From positions 48,577 through 112,576 of the forward strand of contig JAEYYH010000023.1 of NCBI GenBank assembly GCA_023430885.1: a stretch of DNA of 64,000 nucleotides, given 5' to 3'. Below the pieces are notes generated by a model, which was not told where the DNA came from, ran no database searches, and saw only the letters and a list, made by a program, of their open reading frames with translations. The position numbers and the translations under genes are program-made. Position 1 is the stretch's first letter; every line of letters starts with the position of its first letter. Source of the DNA: Bacillota bacterium (GTDB lineage Bacteria > Bacillota_I > Bacilli_A > RF39 > UBA660). Of this stretch, positions 19,085 to 29,153 are shown in pieces.

Positions 19085-20815
19085 ATGTATCAAGCACTTT
19101 ACAGAAAATACAGACCAACTAATTTTGACGAAGTTACAGGGCAAGAAATAATTAAAAAAACATTACAAAATGCAATATTAAATAATAAAATATCACATGC
19201 ATATTTATTTACCGGTCCAAGAGGTACTGGAAAAACATCTATAGCAAAAATATTAGCTAAAACAGTAAATTGTGTATGCTTACAGGGTTATATGCCTTGT
19301 AACAAGTGTGTAAATTGTACACAAATAGATAATAAGCAATCAAATGATATAATTGAAATAGATGCAGCATCTAATAATGGAATAGATGAGATAAGAGAAA
19401 TACGTAATAAAGCAAATTTAGTTCCTACAACTGGAAAATATAAAGTTTATATTATTGATGAGGTACACATGTTAACCACAGGTGCGTTTAATGCCTTATT
19501 AAAAACACTTGAAGAACCCCCATCCCATGTAATATTCATTTTAGCAACAACAGAGCCACATAAAATACCTGCAACTATATTATCTAGATGTCAAAGATTT
19601 GACTTTAAAAGAATAGCAAATATAGATTTGGTGGAAAGATTAAAATACATAATAAAACAGGAAAAAATTGATATAGAAGATGATGCCGTAAATGAAATAG
19701 CAAGATTATCTGATGGTGGTATGAGAGATTCAATTAGCTTATTAGATCAGGCGCTTGCCTATTCTCCTCAGAATATCTCTCTTGAAGATATACACGAAAT
19801 TAATGGTTCTTTACCTATAGAAAAATTATCTAATTTTGTTAGTTTGATATTAGAAAAAAATATAGAAAAACTGTTAAATTTAATTGATGATTTTAATGAT
19901 TCAGGTAAAAATTTAATAAAAATATCTGAAGAAATAATAAATTATCTTAAAAATATTCTTTTATATAAAATTTCTCCAAATTACTTAAAAAACATAACTA
20001 ATAATTATCAAATTTATGAAGAAGCGTCAAAAAATATATCAAAAGAATTAATTATTGAGCTTATTAGTAAATTTAATATGTCTATGAATGATATAAAGCT
20101 ATCTAGTGATCCTAAATTATCAATGGAATTATTAATAATAAAAGAATGCTCTGATTTAGAAGAATCAAAGCAAAATAGAATTTATAATAATGAATTAAAA
20201 GTTGATAAATTAACAAATGTAAAATCAGAAGAGAAAACAGAAGAAAAATCAGATAGTGAAAAAGTATTGTTAAATCAGAAAAAAAATATTTTTGAAGATA
20301 AAATTGATAATAAAACGATAGAGATTAAAGATGAAATTGATCAAAATTCAAAATTAATGGAAGAATTTAAAAAAAATAGAATAAACAATGCATTGGCAAA
20401 ATTTGATAAAAACTTATTAATAAATTTAAGAAGAAGTTTGTATAAAGTAGAAGATTATCTATTAGATGAAAATTATAGTGTTTTTGCTTCCATGATAATA
20501 GACGGCGAATTAAAAGCAACGAGTGATGAATATTTGGTTTTTGTTTTCAAGACAGAAAATTTATCATTGGAATTTAATAAAAATATTGTAACAGTTCAAG
20601 AATTATTTGAAAAAATATTCAATAAATTATATAAGGTTATATCAACAGATGATATTTCCTGGGAAATAATAAAAAAAGATTTTAATAATAAAAGCGTTGT
20701 TTTTGAATATATAGAAGAACAACAAGATTTAGAAAAAAAAATATCAATGAATAATTATAAAAATGAAGTAAAAGAACTTGATAATATTTTTGGTGATATA
20801 GTAGAATATAATTAA
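19085..20815 (+). CDS. dnaX: DNA polymerase III subunit gamma/tau
   Basis: 576 aa with Walker A GPRGTGKTS, a zinc module CxxC..CxxC, DEVHML and SRCQRF. The C-terminal half is divergent. Confidence 0.96.
   Translation: MYQALYRKYRPTNFDEVTGQEIIKKTLQNAILNNKISHAYLFTGPRGTGKTSIAKILAKTVNCVCLQGYMPCNKCVNCTQIDNKQSNDIIEIDAASNNGIDEIREIRNKANLVPTTGKYKVYIIDEVHMLTTGAFNALLKTLEEPPSHVIFILATTEPHKIPATILSRCQRFDFKRIANIDLVERLKYIIKQEKIDIEDDAVNEIARLSDGGMRDSISLLDQALAYSPQNISLEDIHEINGSLPIEKLSNFVSLILEKNIEKLLNLIDDFNDSGKNLIKISEEIINYLKNILLYKISPNYLKNITNNYQIYEEASKNISKELIIELISKFNMSMNDIKLSSDPKLSMELLIIKECSDLEESKQNRIYNNELKVDKLTNVKSEEKTEEKSDSEKVLLNQKKNIFEDKIDNKTIEIKDEIDQNSKLMEEFKKNRINNALAKFDKNLLINLRRSLYKVEDYLLDENYSVFASMIIDGELKATSDEYLVFVFKTENLSLEFNKNIVTVQELFEKIFNKLYKVISTDDISWEIIKKDFNNKSVVFEYIEEQQDLEKKISMNNYKNEVKELDNIFGDIVEYN
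20653..20668. promoter_or_regulatory. Noc-binding-site-like palindrome (15/16 to TATTTCCCGGGAAATA)
   Basis: TATTTCCTGGGAAATA read directly inside dnaX (codes ISWEI). Confidence 0.55.
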
Positions 20816-20832
20816 AGAAAAGAGGAATGAAA

Positions 20833-21129
20833 ATGAATATACAAGCTATGATGAAGCAAGCACAAAAATTACAAAAGGACATGCTTAATGCAAAAGAAGA
20901 AATAGATAAAACTATATTTGAGGCGAAATCTTCCTTTGTAACTGTAAAAGCAAATGGAAAAAGGGAAATATTGAACATTAAAATAGATATGGATTCAATA
21001 GAAAAAGACGATATCGAAATGCTAGAAGACATGATTCAAGTTGCTATTAATGATGTTATGAAACAAATTGAAAAGGAAACTGAAAATAAAATGGGTAGAT
21101 ATACTCAAGGTATGCCAGGTTTATTTTAA
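20833..21129 (+). CDS. ybaB: nucleoid-associated protein YbaB/EbfC
   Basis: 98 aa, MNIQAMMKQAQKLQKDM... GMPGLF, typical of the family. The ATG at 20833 has proper SD spacing, whereas the ORF-track ATG 20827 is too close to gagg. Follows the dnaX-ybaB-recR order. Confidence 0.93.
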   Translation: MNIQAMMKQAQKLQKDMLNAKEEIDKTIFEAKSSFVTVKANGKREILNIKIDMDSIEKDDIEMLEDMIQVAINDVMKQIEKETENKMGRYTQGMPGLF

Positions 21130-21734
21130 TGAATTACCCTAGTGTGTTAAAAAAATTAATTGACTGCTATAAGAAATTGCCAGGAGTTGGTGAGAAGTCT
21201 GCTGAGAGAATGGCTTTGGCAACAATTGAATTGGATCAAGAAATTTTAGATATATTTTCAGCTTCTGTATTGAATGTGAAAAGTAAATTAAAAAGATGTG
21301 TTAAATGTAATAATTATTGTGAAGATGATCTGTGTGAAATATGTCAGTCAAAAAATAGAGATATTTCAACTATTTGTGTTGTTGAAGAACCTAAAAATGT
21401 AATATTATTTGAAAAAGTTGGGACTTATAATGGATTATACCATGTCCTTGGAGGTTTGATATCACCATTAGATGGTATAAATCCAGATCAGATTAATATT
21501 GAAACGCTGTTAAAAAGAATAAAGGAAGAAGACATAAAAGAAGTTATTTTTGCGCTAAAACCTAGTATAGAAGGTGAAACAACCACTCTATATATAAGAA
21601 AGTTACTTGAAGGTAAAAATATTATAGTATCGAAAATAGCTCATGGCATTCCTATGGGCGCAGATATAGATTATATAGATTCACTAACATTAGAATTGGC
21701 TTTAGAGGATAGAAAAAGAATTAATAATAAGTAG
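21129..21734 (+). CDS. recR: recombination protein RecR
   Basis: 201 aa with HhH LPGVGEKSAERMA, a C4 zinc finger CxxC..CxxC and a Toprim domain. Confidence 0.96.
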   Translation: MNYPSVLKKLIDCYKKLPGVGEKSAERMALATIELDQEILDIFSASVLNVKSKLKRCVKCNNYCEDDLCEICQSKNRDISTICVVEEPKNVILFEKVGTYNGLYHVLGGLISPLDGINPDQINIETLLKRIKEEDIKEVIFALKPSIEGETTTLYIRKLLEGKNIIVSKIAHGIPMGADIDYIDSLTLELALEDRKRINNK

Positions 21735-21776
21735 AATAAAATAAATAAGCACTAATACAATTTAATAGGTGATAGA

Positions 21777-21962
21777 ATGAAAAAAGTTTTTAAACTTATT
21801 AAAAAAGTAATTTATGGTTTTTTGTTAATATATAGTTTTAATCTAGTATTGCAACCTTTGGATATTAATATACCATTAAATTTTATAACTGTTGGTGCTG
21901 TTTCTCTATTTGGAATAAGTGCATTTTTATCGCTAATAACCTTATTATTAATGTTTTTTTAG
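21777..21962 (+). CDS. small two-TM membrane protein, BofA-family-like
   Basis: 61 aa and hydrophobic. The pattern INIPLNFITVGAVSLFGISAF resembles the BofA family. It sits after recR where yaaL/bofA lie in Bacillus. SD aggtga. Confidence 0.5.
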   Translation: MKKVFKLIKKVIYGFLLIYSFNLVLQPLDINIPLNFITVGAVSLFGISAFLSLITLLLMFF

Positions 21963-21972
21963 GAGGTATAGC

Positions 21973-22917
21973 ATGTTAATTAGTAGATATGAAAAAGAAC
22001 AACCAATAGCTTCAAAAACATTAGGACAAGCTATATCTAATAATAAAATATCGCATGCTTATTTATTTGAAACAAATGATTATTATAAATCAAATGATTT
22101 TATAATGTCTTTTATAAAAGACATTATATGTAACAACAGTGATGAGAGTATAAAAGATAATATTTGTCAGCAAATTGATAATGATGAGTATATTGAACTT
22201 AAAATTATTAATCCTCAGGGATTGCAAATAAAAAAAGAAGAAATGTTAAATCTTCAAGAAGAATTTAAAAATAAACCTCTTGAAGGTAAAAAGAAAGTAT
22301 ATGTTATAAATAATGCTGAAAAACTTAATTCATCATCCGCAAATACAATATTAAAATTTTTAGAAGAACCGGAAGATGATATAATAGCAGTTTTAGTTAC
22401 TAGTAATAGGTATCAAATACTTAATACTATTTTATCACGTTGTCAATTAATTGCTTTAATTAATACGAAGAAAAATAATGATATAAGTACATTTGATAAA
22501 ATTAATAATTTAGTATATAATAACTCAGGTTCTTATGAAGAAAATCAAAAAAAAGAACAAATTGAACATACATTAGATTTTATTTCTTTTTATGAACAAA
22601 AAAAAGAAGATGCAATTTTGTTTTCTAATAATGAATTTATGCAGTTTTTTATAACGCGCGATTCTGTTGTTAATGTTTTTGAGATAATGAAACTTTTTTA
22701 CTTAGATACATTAAAATTTAAAACGAATGCTAAAATAGAAATATTTGATGATTGTATGGAACAAGTTTCTAATATCTCAAATAAGAATACCGTCTTAAGT
22801 TTAATTATAAAAATAAAAAAAATAATAAAATATACAGAAAGAATCAAATATAATGTTAATATAAATTTACTTTTAGATAGCTTTATAATTGAATTAGGAG
22901 ATGAATTAGATGATTGA
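21973..22917 (+). CDS. holB: DNA polymerase III subunit delta'
   Basis: 314 aa with an AAA+-like N-terminus lacking a canonical P-loop (ISHAYLFE) and SRCQ. SD aggagg. Confidence 0.88.
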   Translation: MLISRYEKEQPIASKTLGQAISNNKISHAYLFETNDYYKSNDFIMSFIKDIICNNSDESIKDNICQQIDNDEYIELKIINPQGLQIKKEEMLNLQEEFKNKPLEGKKKVYVINNAEKLNSSSANTILKFLEEPEDDIIAVLVTSNRYQILNTILSRCQLIALINTKKNNDISTFDKINNLVYNNSGSYEENQKKEQIEHTLDFISFYEQKKEDAILFSNNEFMQFFITRDSVVNVFEIMKLFYLDTLKFKTNAKIEIFDDCMEQVSNISNKNTVLSLIIKIKKIIKYTERIKYNVNINLLLDSFIIELGDELDD

Positions 22918-23701
22918 TGTTGTTAGTATTTCTTTTAATGAAAAAGGCAAAACTTATTTCTTTTCTCCAAATAATTTGCAATTGAAAAATAATATAACAG
23001 TCGTTGTTGAAACAGAACGAGGATTACAATTTGGAAAAGTTGAAGGAGAAATTCAAAAAATTTCTGAGCAAAAACTTTTAGCACCATTAAAACAAGTTAT
23101 TAGAATTGCTTCGAAAAATGATTATGAGCAAAATAAAAAAAATATTTTAGATGCTTCAGATGCATTAAAGAGGTGCAAAGAAATCGTCGAAAAAGAAAAG
23201 TTAAATATGCAAATAATTGATGCTACTTATACATTTGACAGAAGTCAATTAATGTTTAGATTTCTTGCAGATAATAGAATAGATTTTAGAAATCTTGCCA
23301 AGGAATTAGCGTCTTTATATAAGACAAGAATAGAGCTAAGACAAGTTGGTGTAAGGGATAAAGCACGTGAAGTTGGCGGTATAGGTCAATGTGGCAGATG
23401 TTTTTGCTGTTCAAAATTTGCAAACAATTTTGATAGTGTTTCTATAAATATGGCAAAGAATCAAGGTCTTGCCTTAAATCCGAGTAAAATAAATGGCGTA
23501 TGTGGTCGTTTGCTTTGTTGTTTGAAATATGAAGACGACAATTATAAAGAGGCAAAGAAGAATTTTCCTTCTATAGGTTCAAAAGTAAAAACGAAAGAAG
23601 GAGAAGGAAGCGTGGTTAGTATTAATGTCTTAAACGGGACATATGTTGTTTATATTGCCGAAAAGGGACCAATCGAAGTGAATATTGATGTCAAGAGTTA
23701 A
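22910..23701 (+). CDS. ricT: PSP1-domain protein RicT/YaaT
   Basis: 263 aa with a Cys cluster GQCGRCFCCSKF..CGRLLCCLKYE typical of the YaaT/PSP1 family. Position after holB. Confidence 0.88.
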   Translation: MIDVVSISFNEKGKTYFFSPNNLQLKNNITVVVETERGLQFGKVEGEIQKISEQKLLAPLKQVIRIASKNDYEQNKKNILDASDALKRCKEIVEKEKLNMQIIDATYTFDRSQLMFRFLADNRIDFRNLAKELASLYKTRIELRQVGVRDKAREVGGIGQCGRCFCCSKFANNFDSVSINMAKNQGLALNPSKINGVCGRLLCCLKYEDDNYKEAKKNFPSIGSKVKTKEGEGSVVSINVLNGTYVVYIAEKGPIEVNIDVKS

Positions 23702-24410
23702 AAATTATTTATTAGGCTATAAAGAAATGTATATAGTACAAGATACTGATTATTTTAATTTTTCTTTGGATTCTGTTTTATTGCCCAATTTTGTTACATT
23801 AAATAAGAATATATCAAAAATAATGGATATAGGTTGTGGCAATGCACCTATTCCTTTAATTTTATCTACAAAAACAAGTGCCGAAATAGTCGGTGTAGAA
23901 ATTCAAAAAGATTTGTATTATCTAGCGGTTGAATCAGTTAGCCTTAATAAAAAAGATAATCAAATTAAAATAATTAATGCTGATATAAATGACTTGTATG
24001 AAAGTATTGAATCTGACACTTATGATGTAATTACATGTAATCCTCCTTATTTTAAATATAACGAAAATTCAAATATTAATTTTGATGATCATAAAACTAT
24101 AGCTCGACATGAAATAACTTTAAATCTTGATAAACTATTTAAGATAAGTAAAAAGATATTAAAAAATAATGGTGTGGTATCTATTGTTCATAGACCGGAA
24201 AGATTAGTTGAAATAATTGAAACAATGAAGAAAAATAATATTGAACCTAAAAGAGCACAATTTATATATCCTAAAATAAATAAGAGAGCAAATATATTAT
24301 TAATTGAGGGTGTTAAAAATGGGAAACCTGGCCTTGAAATTATGGCTCCTTTATATTCTCACAATGAATATGGAGAATATACAGAGGATATAAAGAAATT
24401 TTTTGAATAG
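23685..24410 (+). CDS. SAM-dependent N6-adenine methyltransferase, tRNA1(Val) m6A37 TrmN6/YabB-like
   Basis: 241 aa with SAM motif DIGCGNA and catalytic NPPY. Position matches Bacillus yabB. Confidence 0.8.
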   Translation: MMSRVKNYLLGYKEMYIVQDTDYFNFSLDSVLLPNFVTLNKNISKIMDIGCGNAPIPLILSTKTSAEIVGVEIQKDLYYLAVESVSLNKKDNQIKIINADINDLYESIESDTYDVITCNPPYFKYNENSNINFDDHKTIARHEITLNLDKLFKISKKILKNNGVVSIVHRPERLVEIIETMKKNNIEPKRAQFIYPKINKRANILLIEGVKNGKPGLEIMAPLYSHNEYGEYTEDIKKFFE

Positions 24411-24420
24411 AGGTGTAACA

Positions 24421-25254
24421 ATGTCACAAAAAAGTTATGATGAACAAGCAGCTTTATATTTGATACCAACTCCTGTGGGAAATATGGAAGACATTACTTT
24501 AAGAGCAATAAAAACCATAGAAAATGTAGACATTTTGCTAACGGAAGATACACGAGTTACAGGCTTACTGTTAAATCATTTAGGTATAAAAAAGAAGATG
24601 ATTGTTAATAATGATCATAATGAAGAAAAGAATAAAGAAATTGTAATTAAGTATTTAGAAGAAGGAAAAAATGTTGGTCTTGTAAGTGATAGGGGCACTC
24701 CAATAATAAGCGATCCAGGCTTTAATATATCAAAAATAATAATTGATGCTGGTTATAAGGTAGTTGGTTTGCCAGGAGCAACTGCTTTAATTCCAGCTTT
24801 GATTATGTCTGGATTAAATCCACTTCCATTTATGTTTGTAGGATTTCTTAATAGTAAAGAATCTAAAAGAAAAAAAGAATTAGAAGAACTAAAAAATATA
24901 AAAGCTACTTTGCTATTTTATGAAGCACCTCACCGTATTATTAAAGCATTATGTAATATGCAAGAAGTATTCGGAGATAGAAATATTTCTATTTCCCGGG
25001 AAATAAGTAAAAGATATGAAGAAGTATATCGTGGAAAGATATCGGAAATAATACCTTTAATGGTTGATGTTAAAGGCGAGATAGTTGTTGTTGTTGAGGG
25101 AAATAATTCAATATCTAATTTTGATGACATTAGTATTGTAGATCAAATAAATATGTTAATTGATGATGGAATATCAGTTATGGACGCTATAAAACAAGTT
25201 GCTAAAAAAAGAAACCTTCCAAAAAGTGAAGTATATAATATGTATCATAAGTAG
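24421..25254 (+). CDS. rsmI: 16S rRNA (cytidine1402-2'-O)-methyltransferase
   Basis: The start at ATG 24421 (MSQKSYDEQAALYLIPTPVGN) has SD gaggtg. Tetrapyrrole-methylase fold motifs TEDTR and SDRGTP. Confidence 0.92.
   Translation: MSQKSYDEQAALYLIPTPVGNMEDITLRAIKTIENVDILLTEDTRVTGLLLNHLGIKKKMIVNNDHNEEKNKEIVIKYLEEGKNVGLVSDRGTPIISDPGFNISKIIIDAGYKVVGLPGATALIPALIMSGLNPLPFMFVGFLNSKESKRKKELEELKNIKATLLFYEAPHRIIKALCNMQEVFGDRNISISREISKRYEEVYRGKISEIIPLMVDVKGEIVVVVEGNNSISNFDDISIVDQINMLIDDGISVMDAIKQVAKKRNLPKSEVYNMYHK
24990..25005. promoter_or_regulatory. perfect Noc-binding-site (NBS) palindrome TATTTCCCGGGAAATA
   Basis: Read directly inside rsmI. It is identical to the B. subtilis NBS consensus (core ATTTCCCGGGAAAT). 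The GC-rich core is highly improbable by chance in this AT-rich sequence. Confidence 0.7.
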
Positions 25255-25262
25255 GTGATAGA

Positions 25263-25817
25263 ATGAAATTAATAGTCGGACTAGGAAATCCAGGAAAAGA
25301 ATATGAAAATACAAGACATAATGTTGGATTTATTATATTAGATAGATATTTGCAAAAAAACAATATATTGAATGGTAAAGAAAAATTTGGTGGTTTATAT
25401 TTTGAAGGATTTATTAATAAAGAAAAAGTTATTTTCTTAAAACCACAAAAGTATATTAATTTATCCGGTCAAGTTTTAAAACAATATATTGATTTCTTTA
25501 AAATTGATATAGATGATGTGTTAATTATACATGATGATCTTGATACTCCGTTTGGTTCTGTTAAATTACGTTTAAGTGGTGGTAGTGGTGGTCATAATGG
25601 ATTGAAAGATATAGAAAATAACATTCATAGTAAAGATTATAGAAGAATAAAAATTGGCATATCTAACAATAAATCAATTGATACAAAAGACTATGTCCTT
25701 GGTAAATTTGGTAATGAAGATAAAGAGATAATGAATTCCGTAATAGAAAAATCAATCGATATTATCAATGATTACTTTAATATGACATTTACCAATTTAA
25801 TGAATAAATATAATTAA
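25263..25817 (+). CDS. pth: peptidyl-tRNA hydrolase
   Basis: 184 aa, MKLIVGLGNPGKEYENTRHNVGF, with HNGLKDI. Confidence 0.96.
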   Translation: MKLIVGLGNPGKEYENTRHNVGFIILDRYLQKNNILNGKEKFGGLYFEGFINKEKVIFLKPQKYINLSGQVLKQYIDFFKIDIDDVLIIHDDLDTPFGSVKLRLSGGSGGHNGLKDIENNIHSKDYRRIKIGISNNKSIDTKDYVLGKFGNEDKEIMNSVIEKSIDIINDYFNMTFTNLMNKYN

Positions 25818-25860
25818 TGATACAATGATGTATCATTTTTGTCGTGAAAGGAGGAATATT

Positions 25861-28800
25861 ATGAGTTTATTTAGTAATTTTGATTCAGAAAATATTAGTG
25901 GTTTAACTTTTGAATTGAAGGTTATTTATATAAAAGAATTTTATGAAAAGACTAATGAATCTTTTTTAGTTGTAACTAGTTCATTATACGAAGCAAATAA
26001 ATTTTATCAATCGTTATTAGAATATACTGATAATATTCTTCTTTTTCCTATGGACGACTTTTTAACTAGTGAGGCAATAGCAACATCACCAGAGTTAAAA
26101 ATAACTCGCTTGGAAACAATAACTGAACTACAAACTAAAAATAAGTTTATTGTTGTAACAAATTTAATGGGATTACTTAGATTTTTACCTTCACAAAAAT
26201 TATTTTCTTCTCGAAAAGTAAAATTAAAAGTAGGTCAAGAATATGAAATAAAAAAACTAGTTTCTAATTTATTTAATTTAGGTTATGAAAAGAGTGTTAC
26301 AGTAAATAAAACAGGTGATATTGCAACTAGAGGATTTGTTGTTGATATTTTTCCAATATCAGCTAGTAATCCCATTAGAATAGAGTTTTGGGGAAATGAA
26401 ATTGATTCAATAAGAGAATTTAATATTGATAATCAATTAACTATATCGAAAGTTGATGAAGTAGAAATAAATTCAATAACAGAGTTTTTAACAGATGCGG
26501 AAATAGATAAATTTGGAATACCGCATAGAATGTTACATAAATATGAAAATGTGTATTCTATTTTAGACTTTGTTAATGGAAATGTTATTTTTAATGATTA
26601 TTATCAATTGGAAGCTAGTTATAATAGCTTATTAGAGGAAATGCATAACTATAGTATCAGTGAAAATTATAATAATGATACTGTATATATGCATGATTTA
26701 AATAGCTTAAAGCACACTAATGTAAAATATTTTAACGAATTTGATAATAGCAAAAATTTTAATAATCATACAAACTATGAAACTTATGAAATCGAATCTT
26801 TAAATCTATCTCGCGATGAAATAAATAAAAGACTAAGTATGTATCTAAATAAATATGATAAAGTTTATTTATGTGTATCTAGTTTGAAAAATGCCAGTAA
26901 AATTGAAATTATGTTAGAAAATAAAAATATTATCCTAACTGATGAAAATAATTATATTTCAAACAAGGTTAATATGATTGTTAAAAAAATAAATAAAGGT
27001 TTTATTTTTAACTCAAGTGTTTATGTAAGTGACAATGACATTTTTTTAAAGCAAATTGATAGTCACTATAAGACAAAATTTAAATTAGGAACAAAAATTA
27101 GAGACATAAGTAAGTTAAATATTGGTGATTATGTTGTTCATTCAATGCACGGTATAGGTAAATATGTAGGAATAAAATCATTAGAAAAAAATGGATTTAA
27201 AAAGGATTATCTATTAATTAATTATAGAGACAATGATAAATTGTATATTCCGGTAGAAAAAATAGATATGATTAGCAAGTATTCATCAAAAGAAGGGTAT
27301 CAACCAAAATTAAACAAACTTGGAAGCGTTGAATGGGAAAAAACCAAATTAAAAGCGCGTAAAAAAATAGAAGATATCGCAGCTGAACTTTTAAAATTAT
27401 ATGCATTAAGAGAAGCAATTCACGGTTACAGTTATCCTCTTGACAGTGAAGAACAGATAGAATTTGAAAGAGAATTTTCATATACAGAAACCTCAGATCA
27501 ACTTAAGGTAATTGAAGAAATCAAAAAAGATATGCAAAAATCTTCTCCGATGGATAGACTATTATGTGGAGATGTTGGTTATGGAAAAACAGAAGTGGCA
27601 TTTAGAGCAATTTTCAAAGCTATACTAGGAAATAAACAAACTGCCATTTTATGTCCAACTACGATTTTATCAAACCAACATTATAAAAACGCTTTAGAAA
27701 GATTTAAATCTTTTCCAATTAATATTGAATTACTAAATAGATTTGTAACTCCGAGAAAAGTAAAAGAAATATTAGTAAAATTAAAAGATGGCAAAATAGA
27801 TTTATTAATAGGAACACATCGAATATTAAGTAGTGATGTTGTATTTAAAGACTTAGGTTTACTTGTTATAGATGAGGAACAAAGATTTGGGGTAAAACAT
27901 AAGGAAAAAATCAAATCATATAAAAATAATATTGATGTTTTAACATTGTCAGCAACACCAATACCAAGAACATTGCAAATGTCCATGTCTGGTTTAAGAA
28001 GTTTATCACTAATTGAAACTCCACCAGTAGATAGATATCCAATTCAAACTTATGTTTTAGCAGAGAATAAGCAAATTATAAAGGATGCAATATATAAAGA
28101 ATTATCCCGAAAAGGCCAATGTTTTATATTATTCAATAATATAGAACAAATGCGGGTAAAAGAAAAAGAAATTTCTTCTTTAGTTCCAGATGCAAAAATA
28201 ATATGTGCGCATGGTAAAATGGGAAAAACTGAGTTAGAAGAAATAATGTATGCTTTTACTGAAGGAATATATGATATTTTATTGTGTACAACTATAATAG
28301 AGACCGGAATTGATATACCTAATGTTAATACATTAATAATTTATGATGCTGACCATTTTGGATTATCACAACTATATCAGATAAGAGGAAGAGTTGGGAG
28401 AAGTAATAAAATTGCCTATTGTTATCTAATGTATAATAAACAAAAGGTTTTATCGGAAATAGCAATTAAAAGACTAAACGCTATTAAAGAATTTACAGAA
28501 CTTGGTAGTGGCTTTGCAATAGCGATGAGAGATTTATCTATTCGTGGGGCAGGAGATATTTTAGGAAGTGAACAAGCTGGTTTTATAGATACAATTGGAA
28601 TTGAGTTGTTTATGCAGATGTTAGATGATGAAATAAACAAGTTAAAAGGTATAAAAGTTGATGAAGAAGAGGAAGAAACGCAGCCTTTAATAGAGGTAGC
28701 TACTTCTATTGATGATAATTATGTAGCAGAAGAAGAATTAAAAATAGAAATTCACAAAAAAATAAACAGTATTAATTCTAAAGAAAAATTATTTTTAATA

Positions 28801-29130
28801 AAAAGTGAATTAGAAGATAGATTTGGAATTTTAAGCGAAGATATAATTATATATATGTATGAAGAGTGGTTCGAAAAACTAGCCAATAAATTAAATATAA
28901 ACAAGATAAAACAAGGTAAAAATTTTATTGAAATAACAATACCAGAACAAACATTGCGTTTGTTAGATGGTCAGGAGCTGTTTATAGGAGCTAACCGAAT
29001 TTCAAGAATGTTTAGATTTTCAATGAGAAATAAATGTTTAATAATAACATTAGATATAGTGAAATTGGATAAGCATTTTGTTTACTATTTAATAGATTTA
29101 TTTGAATTAATAGAAAATATAAAAAAATAA
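25861..29130 (+). CDS. mfd: transcription-repair coupling factor
   Basis: The start at ATG 25861 has SD aaaggagg; the ORF-track start 25825 is an extension. Contains the CarD-like domain (GDYVVHSMHGIGKY), helicase motifs GDVGYGKTEV and DEEQRFG, and the TRG/TD domains. Confidence 0.96.
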   Translation: MSLFSNFDSENISGLTFELKVIYIKEFYEKTNESFLVVTSSLYEANKFYQSLLEYTDNILLFPMDDFLTSEAIATSPELKITRLETITELQTKNKFIVVTNLMGLLRFLPSQKLFSSRKVKLKVGQEYEIKKLVSNLFNLGYEKSVTVNKTGDIATRGFVVDIFPISASNPIRIEFWGNEIDSIREFNIDNQLTISKVDEVEINSITEFLTDAEIDKFGIPHRMLHKYENVYSILDFVNGNVIFNDYYQLEASYNSLLEEMHNYSISENYNNDTVYMHDLNSLKHTNVKYFNEFDNSKNFNNHTNYETYEIESLNLSRDEINKRLSMYLNKYDKVYLCVSSLKNASKIEIMLENKNIILTDENNYISNKVNMIVKKINKGFIFNSSVYVSDNDIFLKQIDSHYKTKFKLGTKIRDISKLNIGDYVVHSMHGIGKYVGIKSLEKNGFKKDYLLINYRDNDKLYIPVEKIDMISKYSSKEGYQPKLNKLGSVEWEKTKLKARKKIEDIAAELLKLYALREAIHGYSYPLDSEEQIEFEREFSYTETSDQLKVIEEIKKDMQKSSPMDRLLCGDVGYGKTEVAFRAIFKAILGNKQTAILCPTTILSNQHYKNALERFKSFPINIELLNRFVTPRKVKEILVKLKDGKIDLLIGTHRILSSDVVFKDLGLLVIDEEQRFGVKHKEKIKSYKNNIDVLTLSATPIPRTLQMSMSGLRSLSLIETPPVDRYPIQTYVLAENKQIIKDAIYKELSRKGQCFILFNNIEQMRVKEKEISSLVPDAKIICAHGKMGKTELEEIMYAFTEGIYDILLCTTIIETGIDIPNVNTLIIYDADHFGLSQLYQIRGRVGRSNKIAYCYLMYNKQKVLSEIAIKRLNAIKEFTELGSGFAIAMRDLSIRGAGDILGSEQAGFIDTIGIELFMQMLDDEINKLKGIKVDEEEEETQPLIEVATSIDDNYVAEEELKIEIHKKINSINSKEKLFLIKSELEDRFGILSEDIIIYMYEEWFEKLANKLNINKIKQGKNFIEITIPEQTLRLLDGQELFIGANRISRMFRFSMRNKCLIITLDIVKLDKHFVYYLIDLFELIENIKK

Positions 29131-29153
29131 AACGAAAGATTTCTTTCGTTTTA
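29129..29153. terminator. bidirectional hairpin between convergent mfd and the pyrophosphatase gene
   Basis: aacgaaa / tttcgtt stem (29131-29137 / 29144-29150) flanked by an A-run and a T-run. Confidence 0.6.

Noticed and set aside
20963-20970. Isolated NBS half-sites GGGAAATA at 20963, 24477, 25098, 33766, 36319 and 42507.
   Set aside because: Each arises from a codon ending in G followed by Gly-Asn or Trp-Glu-Ile codons (GGA AAT / TGG GAA AT) and lacks the partner half-site. I could not distinguish them from coding bias without a genome-wide test.
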